DNA from: Eledone cirrhosa
Lineage: Eukaryota
Direction: 5' to 3'
NCBI GenBank assembly: GCA_964016885.1
Contig: OZ024755.1
Span: forward strand, 24,118,001 to 24,182,000
DNA length: 64,000 nucleotides
Shown here: positions 42,274-56,520 of the stretch, in pieces
How the letters are laid out: each line of letters begins with the position of its first letter
Numbering within the stretch: position 1 is the first letter of the stretch
Translations under genes and position numbers: made by a program
The notes under the pieces: model-generated
What the model saw: only the letters and a program-made list of their open reading frames with translations
The model's database searches: none
Told to the model about the DNA's origin: nothing

Positions 42274-42774
42274 GCATACATATATATATACATACATTTC
42301 GGAAATTTTACATGTATTAATAGCATATACACATGTATAGATACAGAAACATATGTACACATATATAACTCAAAACATACAGATCCATACATGCAATAAC
42401 ATCCATACTTGCACACACACACACACATTCAGACATACAAATGTATTTATCTCATTCATGGTCTCTAAATTCTAATGAAAGAGTCTTGTTTCTATGTTAG
42501 AGACTCACTCTCTCACTCACTCTCTATTGGTGAAAATTTATAAAATAATTGTTTCTACTTTAGGCACAAGGCTTACCCAGTGCATTACTAGTACTTTATT
42601 TTATCGACCCCGTAAGGATGAAAGGCAAAGTCAACCTCGGCAGGATTTGAACTCAGATCGTAAAGGGACATAACTATGCTGGAAAGCATGGCGTCCGACC
42701 CTCTACTGATACTGCCAATCCACCGCCCTGTTTATTATAAAATAATAAAACCAGAACATACATACAAACATATA

Positions 42775-43655
42775 CAGGGTGTGGACAATGTCTGTTCGCA
42801 AGATTACTGTCTAGGAAAAAGTAACACAGTAGTTTTATTTTTTAAGATTTATTTATCAAACTTGGGTCAGATTGTCTTCATGACTTGTTCTTTCGATCTC
42901 ACTCGATAAACCCGCCATTGGCTTTGATGACGGCCTCGGAACCGGCTACAGGCCTTCGTCACTGTCCCCCGACTTAGGCCCCTAAAGGCACTTGTGATCC
43001 TGGCCTTCAGATCGTCTTTCGTATTGCAGCTAGATCTGTTGGTGTCTCGTTCCACTGCGCCCCACACAAAGAAGTCGAGGGGGTTGCAGTCAGGTGAGCT
43101 GGGAGGCCAGATGTCAGGTTAAGTGTCGTCGACGAAGTTCTCCGACAGCCAGGCTTGGGTCTTTCAGCTGGTATGGCAGGGCGCTGAGTCTTGCTGCCAC
43201 ACGTACGGCCTACCTGCAGCTACCTGGTCGATCCAGGGCTTTACTACCTCGCTCAAAACGCGGATGTAGCCATCGGTGTTCAGCTTGAGGCCGTCAGGGA
43301 AGAAGTGAGGTGGCATGACGTCACCTTGACTGCTGACGACACCTAAGACCAATGTTGTCGCTGGAAACTTTGTCTGCATGACTCTGGGCACGTCTTTGGA
43401 TGAGACAGCGAGCCACTTGTTGTTCTGGGAGTTGATCTTCTGGTCTTATTTGTCCTCCCGGCGCGGATTCCAAGAAGAACTCCGTGTCTCTTCCACAAAT
43501 TTGGAGGTTCAAAATTATTCATAATCAATTATTCTGAAAATAAATAATGGAAATATAGTCACTGTTTTTATGAAGACAAGAGTGACAACGGAAGTAAAAA
43601 AAATTTGCATAAAATTAGTAGTTGAAATTTGCGAACAAATATTGTCCGCACCCTG
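42775..43655 (-). mobile_element. Tc1/mariner DD37D (maT-type) transposon, internally deleted, transposase pseudogene
   Basis: TA-flanked TIRs CAGGGTGTGGACAATGTCTGTTCGCAA / TTGCGAACAAATATTGTCCGCACCCTG. WQQDSAPCHTS*..WPPSSPDCNPLDFFVWG has 37 residues between the 2nd and 3rd Asp; two in-frame stops. Confidence 0.9.
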
Positions 43656-43699
43656 TATATATACATACATACATACATACACATAAGCATACATGATGG

Positions 43700-44755
43700 C
43701 CACAAACTTGTGTTCGAGTATTGCCATCACCTGATAAAATGCTCAAAAATGTGAGGCACAAATATAGTTCTTCAAACCAGCCAAAGATTTGCATTCTCTG
43801 GTACATGCATGGCAACTGTAGATTCCTCTAGGACTTTCCACTCTTTGGTTCTGACTGTGTGTTCTCCTTGTCTTTTAAGACCTCCCATGCGTGCACATTT
43901 CTTGCCACATTCCTTACACCTTTTCAGATCATGCTGTCTGTAATCTACATGAGGTCTACTGATATGACTTTGTTCATGTCTTATCAGACCAGCTTTGCTC
44001 AGGCAGACTCGACCACAGTGCAAGCAAACCAGATGTTGCTCAACAGCAGGCAGTTCAAAACAGTCCCTTTTCTTTACCTTCCTTTTCAGTGTTTGGTTTT
44101 CCCTTCGACGAGTTTCAAACTGTACACTTCCTGACTTGATCAAACATTTTCTTCTATTCATCAGATGAAATTTCAGCGCAAACCAAGGTGTCCCTGACAC
44201 AGTCCTGGTATCGAATTTTTGGTTTATGTGGTGGTCACCTTCCTTCGCACAGTTCACCACAGAGAAGTTGCTTTGGAATACGATCATCAGACATCCGAAC
44301 TACATGACTGCACCACCTCAAATGATGCTGAAAGATGATGCTTTCTATACTCATGCACCTGCTCTGTTTGAGAACTTCCAAATCATTGACGAACATTTTC
44401 CATCACACCCCAAGTATCTTATGAAGAGATTGTTGGTGAAATCTCTCCAATTCCTTGAAGAGCTTTCTGTAGGTGACCCATGTTTCACAAACATAAAGCA
44501 AAGGGGAGAGGACACAAGTCAGATACACTTTTATCTTGGTTTCAATGGTGATACCTCGTCTGGGCCACAAACGTTCATTCAGCCATCCAAAAGCCTCACT
44601 GGCTTTCTTGATTCTTAAGGATATTTCATCATCAAGTGTACATGAATTGTTCAATGTACTCCCAAGATAAACAAACTTTTAGCCTCTTTCAATACACGTA
44701 CACATTTGGTGTAGTGTATTCTTTCCTAGATACTGGCTGGCACATAACAACAGTC
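43700..44755 (-). mobile_element. RTE (BovB-like) LINE 3' portion with C-terminal C2H2 fingers
   Basis: LDDEISLRIKKASEAFG.L..RLW..TKIKVY..VL..LLY.CETW..LERFHQ..ILGV and CLHCGRVCLSKAGLIRHEQSH; frameshifted. Confidence 0.85.
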
Positions 44756-44774
44756 ATACATACATTTATACATA

Positions 44775-45365
44775 CATATTCAACAAACAAGCTCTATGGC
44801 TAAAAGAACTGGAGCAAGACCAGCAAAAGCAATATGAAATAGATGGTGCAATACTGGAAACAGCTGTCCAGAAAATGTCAAACAAGAAATCCCCAGGCTT
44901 AGAACTTGCTGAAAGAACTTCACCTTTTATTGGCAAGATCTCAATGGTTATCAACTGCCACTGCTCTCATCCCTCCAAATAATAAAACCGCTCTTACTAT
45001 AAATTATCACCCAACAGCATGCTACACATTATACACTGGCTGCTTGAATCTTTCTTGCAGGATCATTGTGCCACCAACAACATTATAATACCTGAGAAAG
45101 TTGGGGGAAAGAAGGCAGTGAGGAGCTGTATAGAGTAGCTATTAATTAACAAAATAAACCAAGAAAAAAACAGTAAAGATACACAGAAACTTGACTGTAG
45201 TGTGGTTGGGCTACAAGAAGGTTTTTGATAGTATAACATATGGGTGGATTATTAAGGCTTTACTGTTAGCAAAAGTCCAACAACCAATATTAGCTGCTAT
45301 CGAATGCCTGACCAAAACTTGGTTCTCCACTTTGCTCCTTAGGCATGATCAGGAGCAAATTGTTG
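44775..45365 (+). mobile_element. R4/Dong-like reverse transcriptase fragment
   Basis: KMSNKKSPG..; SCIE*LLINK..; NLTVVWLGYKKVFDSITYGWI resembles NLxMAWIDYKKAFDSVPHxWI. Confidence 0.65.
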
Positions 45366-45880
45366 TTTTTATTCTTATTTTGCCGCAGCATATGCAGAAA
45401 CAAATGTAGGCCTTGGCAGGGCTAAAATGTCACATTTATGCCACCCATGTGTTTGAAAAAAAAGTGATGGCAATTCTCAAAATTAAGGTGCAGGCATCAT
45501 ATATGTAACTATGTATGTATGTATGCAGGTAGGTATGTATGTTTGTATATATGTATGTGTGTGTGCATATATGCATATATGTATGTGTGTATGTATATAT
45601 GCATGCATGCATGATTGTTTGTTTGTTTTTTCCCAACTTTACTATAATATGAGTAAGAATAAAGAAACATAGACAGACAGAAAAACAAACATAGATAGGT
45701 TTAGACATAAAGATAGATTGACACTGTGAAACTTATATGATTTTGTGAAAATCATATAAGAAAATTATATGATTTTGTGTCTGTCAGAAGCAATTGTCCA
45801 AACTTGATCCTGGCTTCGATTTTATTTAGTGTATGATTGTGCATGTGTTAAATAAAGTCACTACAGAAAGGTCTTATAAA

Positions 45881-46282
45881 TACTATATATGCAAGCATAC
45901 AAATCTACATTTGGAGCCTAAAAATATCTCTCCAAAACCAGGGATAACTTGTCCGCTGAATATAAAATGTAAACCTTTACCACTGTGGGGTAAACAGTGA
46001 AAATACCTGCTTAACATTCGTTGTCCACCACTTACCATAACTCTAGCAGCTCACCACAATTATTTCCTACTGAATCTCATATTTATTAAGGCTATCTAAC
46101 ATAGAAATTATGATATCAATGACTTGCCATAGCTCATAGGGTAGGTTACCATAGGTTTGTTAAGTTTAGGCTAGGCTGGTTTACTCAGCAAGTTACAACT
46201 CACTTGTGACTGAAGTGTTTTAGAAGTGTCTTAGCCTTTAGTGCGGCACTAAATTTTTGAATTATTTCCCCTGCAACTGCCT

Positions 46283-46313
<31 letters not shown>

Positions 46314-46414
46314 TTGTCTTATCCAGCGAATATAGGCCTAAACCTGGATTACACCTCAGAATTTTAGGGGTCAATCTATGTACCAGATCAACTTGTACAC
46401 TGGCATATACGGTA
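45881..46414. mobile_element. Degenerate pogo/Tigger-like MITE containing a poly-G tract
   Basis: Imperfect TIRs TACTATATATGCAAGCATACAA vs TTGTACACTGGCATATACGGTA. Confidence 0.45.
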
Positions 46415-47233
46415 TATATCATAGATACACACATGCACACACACATCTACGCACTGTCACTATATATATATATATATATATATCAAACATATGTCCTCTC
46501 TTATGTGTTTAGCTATATATCAAATCTGCCAACCTCACTTACACTACTCTACTCTTCTCTTCTGTACTTACCATTTCCTACTGCAGTACTGCTGCACACT
46601 AGCTTAATGTTAGTTCTCTTACACTACAGTAAGCGTCATAACTCTACAGCTCTAGTATATACTATCATTTCAGCAGACTATATATATGTGTGTGTGTTAT
46701 CAAGAGAGAGAGCTGTGTAAGTAATGAGAAACCATAAGAATGCAAAGTAAAATAATTATCTTTAATACTAAGTCACTCCTAGCTTTTCTTTTACCGATTC
46801 TTCTTTTCTTCTAATTCCTCTTTCTCCACCTATTTGTACTCTAGATATATATTTTGTATATATTATTTCTCTCTCTCATTATATATATATATATATAAAC
46901 TGAGATCCTAGATGAAATCTTATTGACTGGTTCATTCTAATTAATATATATATATATATATATATATAAAATCTCTTCAAAAACCTCTTCAATTTCTTTA
47001 CTTTATTAACTATGAATTCTTGTTTTTCTTTGGGACTTGTATCCCCCAAATCCCACATTAATGTCCTGACGATGCTTTAGTGTTACCTGGTTACATTGAA
47101 GTTGAAACGCACGCTGACATAAATAAAATGATTTGAAGTACCTTCTTTTGTTGGCAATTGATTTAAATTTTCAATGTAGCTCTCTGTATATATATCATCA
47201 CCATTCTACGGCCATTTTTCCATGGTAACATGG

Positions 47234-47293
<60 letters not shown>

Positions 47294-47561
47294 GAAGAAG
47301 AAGCATATATTTTTTCAGCTCCAAAAAATGCAGTTGAAAAAAATAGAAAATAAAATAAAAGCTTCTTCTCTTATTATAAATACTCCGTCAGATACCATTT
47401 ATGGAACTACGACGTAGAGTGCTTAAGTTCGAACGCACCATAGATTTTTGACCTAAAATATCAACAACAAACTTACTATTCAGAGAGAGGGGGGGGTATA
47501 TAAACAAATGCTAACGCATTTTATATATATATATATAATGTGTGTTAGTGTTTGTTTATAT

Positions 47562-47946
47562 ATGGAGGTACATGGCTTAGTGGTTAGAGCATTGGCCTTG
47601 CAATCGAAAGGTTGTGAGTTCAATTCTCAGACCGGGTGATGTGCTGTTTCCTTGAGCAAGACACTATTTCACATTGCTCCAGTTTACTCAGCTGTAGAAA
47701 TGAGATGTTAGGGACCCCAGTCCCTATCATTCCACTGCAAAATGGTTGTGGAGGTGCCACAGCAAAAGAGCACCCAGCCCACACTGTAAAGTGGACGTGT
47801 AGGCGCCACAGAAAAAAAGCACCCAGCACTCACTGTAAATGAGGTTGGTGTTAGGAAGGGCATCCGGCTGTAGAAACCAAGCCAGAATCAGTTCCCATCC
47901 CACCCTTGCAAGCAGGGAAAAGCAGACGTAAAATGATGATGATGAT
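47562..47946 (+). mobile_element. tRNA-derived SINE family B with RTE-type (ATG)n tail, full-length representative
   Basis: A box TGGCTTAGTGG, B box GAGTTCAATTC, CORE-like CCTTGAGCAAGACACT, GGAAGGGCATCC block and GACGTAAAATGATGATG tail. Other copies: 11848-12182-, 50282-50670-, 57046-57322+, 58649-58987-, 7680-7800+ (head only), 23637-23730- (tail only), 63390-63552+. Confidence 0.85.
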
Positions 47947-48164
47947 ATATATATATATATATATGAGATTTTTTTTATTGTATGACTCATTTTGTTTTAT
48001 TTTTGATATTTTCTTTTTCTCCATTCTTTTTATCACTCTTCAACCTCTCACCCACCATCTCTCTTTCGCTCGCTCATTCTCTATCTCCATTAATTGACAC
48101 TGTGTTTCTCTAATCTTTCACTCTCTAATTCTCAATCTCACACAATGTCACTAAAACACTGGAC

Positions 48165-48577
48165 TTTGTGTGCGTGCACGTGTGTGTTTGTGTTTGAATG
48201 TGTGCATGTGTGTGCGTGTCTATGTATGCTTATGTGTGTGTGTGTTTGTGGCAGTCTGAAGGTGTGTGTGTGTGTTTGTGGCAGTCTGAAGGTGCATGTG
48301 TCTATATGCTTATGTGTACGTGTGTGTTTGTGGGAGTCCGAGTGTGTATGTGTCAATGTATGCTTGTGCGCATGTGCATGTGTGTGAGTCCAAATGTGTG
48401 TGTGCATGTGTGTGTGTGTGAGACCGAATGTGTGTGTGTGTGTGTGTGTGTGTACTTGTGCACATGTGTGTGTGTGTGTGTTTGTGGGAGTCCGGATGTG
48501 TGTGGGTATCTATGTATGCTTGCAAGTGTGTATGTGTGAGTCTATATATGCTTGTGTGCGTGTATTTGTGGGCATCC

Positions 48578-48637
<60 letters not shown>

Positions 48638-49145
48638 ATCTATGTATGCTTGTGTGTGTGCTTGTGGGAGTCTAGATGTGAGTGTCTATTGTATGCGTGT
48701 GTTGCAGTCATTTGCATCAGTTTTTTTTCGACAGCCTCTCCTCTTCCCTCCCCCCCTCTCTCTCTACCTACCATCATTATATATTCCTCTCCATTTCCTC
48801 TCTCTCTATCAATCACTGTTTTACTCTACAATTATATTTTTTCAGAAATACTTTTCATTTTATTGATACTCCATTTCTCTCACTTCTGTTGCTCTCTCCA
48901 CACACTACACACATACACACACCACACCACACACACACACACACACTGACACACACAGTTGTTACTCCATCTCTGACACACACACAGACACACAAACACA
49001 GACACAGACACACAAACACTGACACAGAGACACTGACAGAGACACAGACACTGACACACAGACACTGACACACACTGACACACACACAGTTGTTACTCCA
49101 TCTCCGACACACACACACACAATTGTTACTCTCTCTCTCACACAG
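48165..49145. repeat. Degenerate (TG)n block (48165-48700) and (CA)n block (48900-49145) with internal recurring motifs
   Basis: Recurring GTTTGTGGGAGTCCG and ACACAGTTGTTACTCCATCTC motifs within the microsatellite. Confidence 0.9.
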
Positions 49146-49254
49146 TTTCTATCACCTGCTATAACTGTCTGAAACACCTGACGATACAATCGTTGCATGT
49201 AGATCTATGTAGGTGGAGAAATCCTATTCACATAGAATTCAAATATGAAATTAT

Positions 49255-49863
49255 CATATAACACACTATGATATTCCTCAGAAGTATAATATAACATATA
49301 TGAGATATATATATATATATATGTATATGTTATATTATACTTCTGAGGAATATCATAGTGTGTTATATGAGATATATATATATATGTGTATAACACACTA
49401 TGATATTCCTCAGAAGTATAATATAACATATACATACATATATATATATATACATATATATATCTCATATAACACACTATGATATTCCTCAGAAGTATAA
49501 TATAACATATACATATATATATATACATATATATATCTCATATAACATACTATGATATTCCTCAGAAGTATAATATAACATATATGAGATATATATATAT
49601 ATATATGTATATGTTATATTATACTTCTGAGGAATATCAGTGTGTTATATGAGATATATATCATCATCATCATCATCAACGTTTAACGTCCGTGTTCCAC
49701 GCTTGCATGGGTTTGGACGGGGGTAGTCCCACTTGAGGCAAGAGTGATTTTCTTGCTCGCATAGGACTGTCTGGCAGGTTTTCTACAGTTGGATGCCCTT
49801 CCTAACACCAACCACATTTACAGTGTGGGTCTGGGAGGTTTTTACCGTGTTGCCTATAGTGTG

Positions 49864-49895
<32 letters not shown>

Positions 49896-50188
49896 CACAC
49901 TATGATATTCCTCAGAAGTATAATATAACATATACATACATATATATATATATACATATATATATCTCATATAACATACTATGGTATTCCTCAGAAGTAT
50001 AATATAATATATACATATATATATATACATATATATATCTCATATAACACACTATGATATTCCTCAGAAGTATAATATAACATATACATATATATATATA
50101 TATATATATAGGAAAAAGTATGACAACCCTAAGTATTGAGTACTCTGGTGCGTTATGGTCCATCTGGTTCCTTACCACATTTCCTTTG

Positions 50189-50226
<38 letters not shown>

Positions 50227-50270
50227 GTTATATTATACTTCCAAGGAATATCATTGTGTGTTATATGTTA
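49255..50270. repeat. ~10 direct and inverted copies of a ~42-bp unit separated by (TA)n
   Basis: Unit ATAACACACTATGATATTCCTCAGAAGTATAATATAACATAT in both orientations; an RTE-tail/SINE fragment is inserted at 49661-49855. Confidence 0.9.
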
Positions 50271-50665
50271 TATATATATATATCATCATCACCGTTTTAC
50301 GTCCGTTCTTCCACGCTAGCATGGGTTAGACGGTTGTCCTGTTGTGGGCAGTGTCTGGTCGGCTGACCTTGTCTTGCTCATACGGGAACTGATTCTGGCT
50401 TGATTTCTACAGCTGGATGCCCTTCCTAACACCAACCTCATTTACAGTGAGTGCTGGGTGCTTTTTTGCCGTGGCACCTACACAACCATTTTGCAGTGGA
50501 ATGATAGGGACCCCAGTCCTATCATCTCATTTCTACAGCTGAGTAAACTGGAGCAATGTAAAATAAAGTGTCTTGTTCAAGGAAACAACACATCACCCAG
50601 TCTGAGAATTGAACTCACAACTTTTCGATTGCAAGCCCAATGCTTTAACCACTAAGCTATGTGCC

Positions 50666-50704
<39 letters not shown>

Positions 50705-51469
50705 AAGTTATCTAGTATTGGAAATATTAATAAACATTTGCTTATGATATCCAGAATATGAGATACTATTTAAGAAATTTTTTAAATTATTATTATTTGT
50801 CTATAGTAAGGTCAGTGAATTGACAGAATTGGTAGAGCGTTGAACAAGATGCTTTGCAGTATCTAGTTATGGCTCTATATGTTCTGAGTTCAAACCCCAC
50901 CGAAGTTAGCTTTGCCTTTTATCCTTACGGGGTTGATAAAATAAAGTACCAGTCACGCATTGGGGACAATTTAATCGACTTTCTCCTCCCCTTCAAATTG
51001 CTGGCCTTGTGCCTAAATCAGAAACCATTATTTGGCCATAGTATCAGAGCTGTGCTTAGACTGTCTCAGGAAAGAATTGCTGGTGTAGACCCCGAGCAAG
51101 ATGGTTGAATAACATCCATGAGCTTGGTTGGTCACGCTTGGGGATCCAGCCGAATCAGTTGGAGACAGTTGCTTCTGACAGGACCCCCTGAGGAATAAAC
51201 GGGTGAAGAAAAGAAAAAGATACAAAGTCTATTGAGCCTGGCCTCGGATTTTTAGTTTTGTCTAAAATGAAGGGTCTTTGGAGTAACATTACTCAATAAT
51301 TGTTTCTACTTTTGGCACAAGGCCAGCAATTATTCCAGTGCATTACTGGTACTTTATTTTATCGACCCCATAAGGATGAAAGGCAAAGTTAACCTCGGCG
51401 GGATTTGAACTCAGAATGGCAAGGGCCGTAACTCTATGCGTCAAAGCTTGGCGTCCGTTACTCAATAAT

Positions 51470-51800
51470 ATGCATAGCTCAGATATCAGAGAGTCACTCC
51501 AGTTAGAGACCTACTTCTCCAAATTGAAAATCACCACTCCCTATTATGGGCATGTGGTTAGAATGTCTCAGGAAAGAATCACTGGACAGATTTTATGGGC
51601 AAAACCAACTGGCAGGAGACCCAGGGGTTGATCCCCAAACAAGATGGTTGGATAACATCTATGAGCTTGGCTGGTCATGCTTGGGGATCCAGCTGGATCA
51701 GTTGGAGATGGTTGATTCTGACAAGATCCGCTGGCGGTAGTGTTTGAGGACTATGCCCCCCGGACCATCTCAGAAATAAGTGGGCAAAGAAGAAGAGGTC
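51470..51800 (+). mobile_element. RTE-clade LINE 3' end (shorter copy at 51030-51220)
   Basis: YGHVVRMSQERITGQILWAKPTGRRPRG..TRWLDNI. Confidence 0.75.
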
Positions 51801-52479
51801 TAAGATGACTGTGTACATCAGGAATTTATGGTCTGTGAATAATACTAATTTACATTCAGCTTATGATGTAAAATAATATTTTCCTCTTCTGTCAAGTGAT
51901 GATTACAATGATTTTGCTCTTTCCAATAGCGATGCTATTTGTATGCTCCTCCTATGATGCTTGAGTGTGACTAAATAAAAATTCCTAAATGTATCCTGCT
52001 GCAAATGTCAGAAATTTACCTCTCCTGATGACACAAAATTATTTTATTGATTTTTATTAACTGTCGTTTTGCTGATATAGATCCTCTCTAGCTGGACTTT
52101 GTTGTTTCTTCTTTTTTTTTCTGTTTTTTCTCTATGTCTGGTTATTTAAACTCACTGCAGAGTACAGTGTTCTTTCTATTTACTTCTATGCCATTAAATG
52201 GTTCACATTCATAAAAGGAGGAGGTAGCTGTGTTTCTTGATTAATTATGCACTGAAAGATGATGAATTGGTGCAAAACAAAAGGCCTTGTAGCGTTTGTT
52301 CCAGCTCTCTGTGATCTGAGTTCAAATTTCACTAAGTCAACACTGCTTTTCTAAGTTAACACTTCTTGGTGCTGAGGTGCCTTTAGCAGAATTCACTTTG
52401 TAGTAATCATTTGGGACATGTGAACTCTCAGATCATAACTTCCACTCTTCCTCCCACCAGTCTGTGACAGGAAGAGAAA

Positions 52480-52760
52480 CACCTGGATTCGATGGCAGAC
52501 TGGCATGAAGGACATAATTGAGACCATCAAAAAGGGCAAACACAGATGGGCTGACCATGTCACTTATTTCAGAAACAACAGGTGGACTATTAGAGTGACA
52601 GAGTGGTCACCAAGGCAGTGGGGAAGAACCAGATGGCAGCCAAATGCCTGATGGTATGATTATCTGACCAGATACCTCAACCCCACATAGCCCAATATGG
52701 CCAGAGATAGGAGGAGGTGGAACTTAACCAGGGAGAGGTTCTTCAAACAGAAGTGAGAAG
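52480..52760 (+). mobile_element. RTE-clade LINE 3' fragment
   Basis: WIRWQTGMKDII..KHRWADHV..NRWTIRVTEWSPR. Confidence 0.7.
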
Positions 52761-55315
52761 GCTCTGGATTTGGGGGAAGTTTTAAACCATAAATCTATAG
52801 AGAACATTTGCACTTAATAATTTCTTTAAATTATTCAAGGCTACATACACATAGCTGGATGAACTTCAATATATGAATAGGACATATTTTATTACCTCAG
52901 CTTGGTAAAAGATAAAGGTGACTGGCAGGATATGAACAAATATGATGATCATTTATAATATAAATTTTTATTACACATTTTAAATTCCAAAAATAAAGTG
53001 ATTATTAATAGAGTTTGAACCTTATAAATCTAGCACTGCATGGTCTGCCAAGTTTTGAATCTATTTTCTTTTGGCTTATACTTAGTCTTATTATTACACA
53101 AAACTATTAAAAACACCTTGTTTGCAACCATTATTAGTTTTATTGGCAGTATCGGTAGAGGGTCGGACGCCATGCTTTCCAGCATAGTTACGTCCCTTTA
53201 CGATCTGAGTTCAAATCCCGCTGAGGTTGACTTTGCCTTTCATCCTTACGGGGTCGATAAAATAAAGTACCAGTAATGCACTGGGTAATTTCTGGCCTTG
53301 TGCCTAAAGTAGAAACAATTATTAGTTTTAATATGAGGGGCAGTATTGGTAGAGGGTAAGACGCCATGCTTTGACGCATAGAGTTACAGCCCTTTCCATT
53401 CTGACTTCAAATCCCGCCAAGGTTAACTTTGCCTTTCATCCTTACAGGGTCGATAAAATAAAGTACCAGTATTGTACTGAGTAATTGCTGGCCTTGTGCC
53501 AAAAGTAGAAACAATTATTAGTTTTATTTCCTGTTTTAAGATTTGATAAGTCATCAATACATATGATAATTGAGATGGCAAGACTATGTTTACATAGAGG
53601 CTTCACTTAGAGTAAATTTCTGTTTTCCAGCCTTTTCCCATAGACAAAGGCCTGGTCTCAAGTTTGATGGATTTAACCCTTTAGCATTTACATAACACTG
53701 TTTACACTATTATATTTTCATGGTAAAAGCTTTACCTCACATAATTATTTCACATAATATCGAATCTATGAGATTTTTATGTTATCTATTTTGAGAACAA
53801 TACCTAAATATCAGTATGAGTGGCCAGTTACAGCTAGTTGGACAGAAAGAGGTGAGAAAATTCTGACCGGTTTTAATGCTAAAGGGTCTAACCTGTATAT
53901 TATTTTTGAGAGGCAGTCAAAATTAGTATAGTTGCTAAGTTGTGAAATTTGTTACACCCTTTATATTTTGAATTCTAAATCTCCTTTGCTTTTCATCCTT
54001 CCAGATGTATTAATGAGCTACTGAGGGAGATTACATTAAATTTACTATACTCTTTCTCTTGTAATATGTGGCTTTAGTTAGGAATGATTATTTCCTTGTT
54101 TTTAACATAAAATTTGTGTCTTTCATCAAAGTATTTCAATAGCTAAAGGACCTTAATTAGAATGTGTGTGGTTAGATTTGAAATTTAAATATTTAGTTCA
54201 TCTTGGTTGAGAAATTTAGATACGAGCTGTGATAATTTTGTTTAATTTCTGTAATACAGAGAAATTGGTTGTTCAAATATATTAGAAAAAGCTTTATTTC
54301 ATGGTAGAATATTTTTACTTGCATGAAATGTGCATAGATCTGCTGCAGTTGAAAAGATGAAATATATGTTGGATGTGCAAAATCAATTTATTAAAAAAAA
54401 AAAAGAATGAACAAAAGTAATTTTGACATATAGGTTTTTTTTTCTATCAAAGGTATTGATTGATTTCAGCAGGAGAGACAGTTATTGTGGCATGGACAAA
54501 TAATGCAATTGGATATGGCAAGCTGAAAGAAAAGGTGTGACATGACAGGGGGACTATGCAATATGAAATGTTAAGAGTTGAATATTATATTCTTTCAAAA
54601 ATCTATAGCTTGAAACAGCAGATTCCTCTACTCTTATCAGCTACTAAACTTATTGATACCAGAAAAAACACTTGTGTTTATCACACACAATATGAAATTA
54701 GACTGTGAAAGAAGTGGTGAGGACAGATTGATCTAGGATCATTGGAACTCAAAGAAAGAATGATATAGGATGTGTTGAAAGCCATTCCAATCCATGCCAA
54801 TAGTGATGTTAATAGTGATGATAATGATGATATATGTCATTACTATGGCTTCAATCATTTAGGATTTTCAGCTTGGTAACCAGAACAAGTAGATTAATGT
54901 AGTAAAGTAATTGCGATTATTAAATTAAATACTCTGCTTTTGTCAAACTCTCTTCAATTGAGAGTAAAATACGTGACAAGATTTTTTTCTAGAAATATGT
55001 ATCAAATTACTATTCTGATCAGCCACAAGCTTTCTTATGTTTATGTCTGAACATTTCTTCAATAATTATTGAATTTAGATATAACTGAGAACAATATTGA
55101 GATAGATAGGGCAAATAGAAGATTTGTTAAATTACCAAATTCTCAAAATCCTATCTCATAAATAAAGCTTTTCTTCTCTCATAATTAATAAATAACTCCC
55201 CATGAATAAGCAAACATGGTATTAAGCCTCTCACACATCTATTAAGTTATTATGATCTCTGAGACTAAAATTATCTCTTAGGGCATAAATATTAAATACT
55301 ACTTGTTTCGATCTT

Positions 55316-55372
<57 letters not shown>

Positions 55373-56266
55373 CACACTTAGCCTGCTGAATAGTATAACA
55401 CAGGTTTCATGGCAAATAGCCAGAACAAAAAACATAGTATATTAGCTTAAAGGTAAATATTATAAGCATATGTAGGTAGTCTTGTGTGTACACCAGTTGG
55501 TGTGGTTGTGTGCATGTGTAGCAGGATTAACATATAGCGATGTATTTGTATTAATAGACATATATCTGCATTTATTAGATTTTAAACATATGTTTCAACA
55601 CATACACAAGCACACACGCATGCACTCACATACATATACACACAAACACATGCATGCATGCATGCACATACACACTCACATACACACCCACAAACACACA
55701 CATACAAACACAGACACACACACTGTACATACACAGACATACACACAAACATACACATACAATGATTTTTAATCTGTTTTATCATACAGGGTTAAATTGG
55801 AAGGATTTCTGCAAGTTTGGATACTTATATATTGTTAGATGCTGCTTTATGTTTGATAAATAGCTGATAGCCATTTAGTAGAAAATCCAAGTGCTACATG
55901 TTATTAGCAAGATTGACTCTGACATGGAGTGTTACATGTTTTGCCTAGAGATACAAGGTTTGATTTGTAAATCCTCAGATACCAAAGCTCACCTTGTGTG
56001 TAAGTGTGTGTGTGTGTGTACGTGTGTGTGTGTGTGTGTGTGTACATGTGTGTGTAACTTAGGAAACTAACACTATAATAAAATACACCTAGCCCACTCT
56101 CTAAACTAGTAGAGTTCATGTCATCAAAACACCCAGTGCACTCTGTAAAATTGTTGCCATTAGGAAGGGCATCCATCGATGGAAATTAAGCCAAAATGTG
56201 AAGCTTACAAGCAAGATATGGCCACCTGACCTGTCTAGACTAAATATATGACAACTCGTCTAACCC

Positions 56267-56520
56267 AGGCATGCCAAACTCGTCTAAATATATGACAACT
56301 CGACTAACCCAGGCATGCCCACGGGCCGCATGCAGCCCTTTACAAGCACACCTGTGGCCCACACAAAGGTTTTTAGAGTGCGTGCGTAATATAAAATTAA
56401 AAAATATTAGTTTTAATGTGCATAATTAGTTGTCATGTGTGGCCCTCAGACAACACATGTGACCCATGTGGCCCTCAGACAACACATATGTGACCCATGT
56501 GGCTCTCAGGCCACAAAATT
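56267..56520 (+). mobile_element. hAT-like MITE end fragment (similar GC-rich ends at 38719-38800 and 63720-64000)
   Basis: CAGGCATGCCAAAC terminus with GGGCCGCATGC.GCCC subterminal motifs; local tandem duplications. Confidence 0.45.

Noticed and set aside
47562-47640. tRNA gene
   Set aside because: A/B boxes are present but it is the head of SINE family B, with no complete cloverleaf.
48094-49198. Cys/Val- and His/Thr-rich ORFs
   Set aside because: Translations of (TG)n/(CA)n microsatellites.
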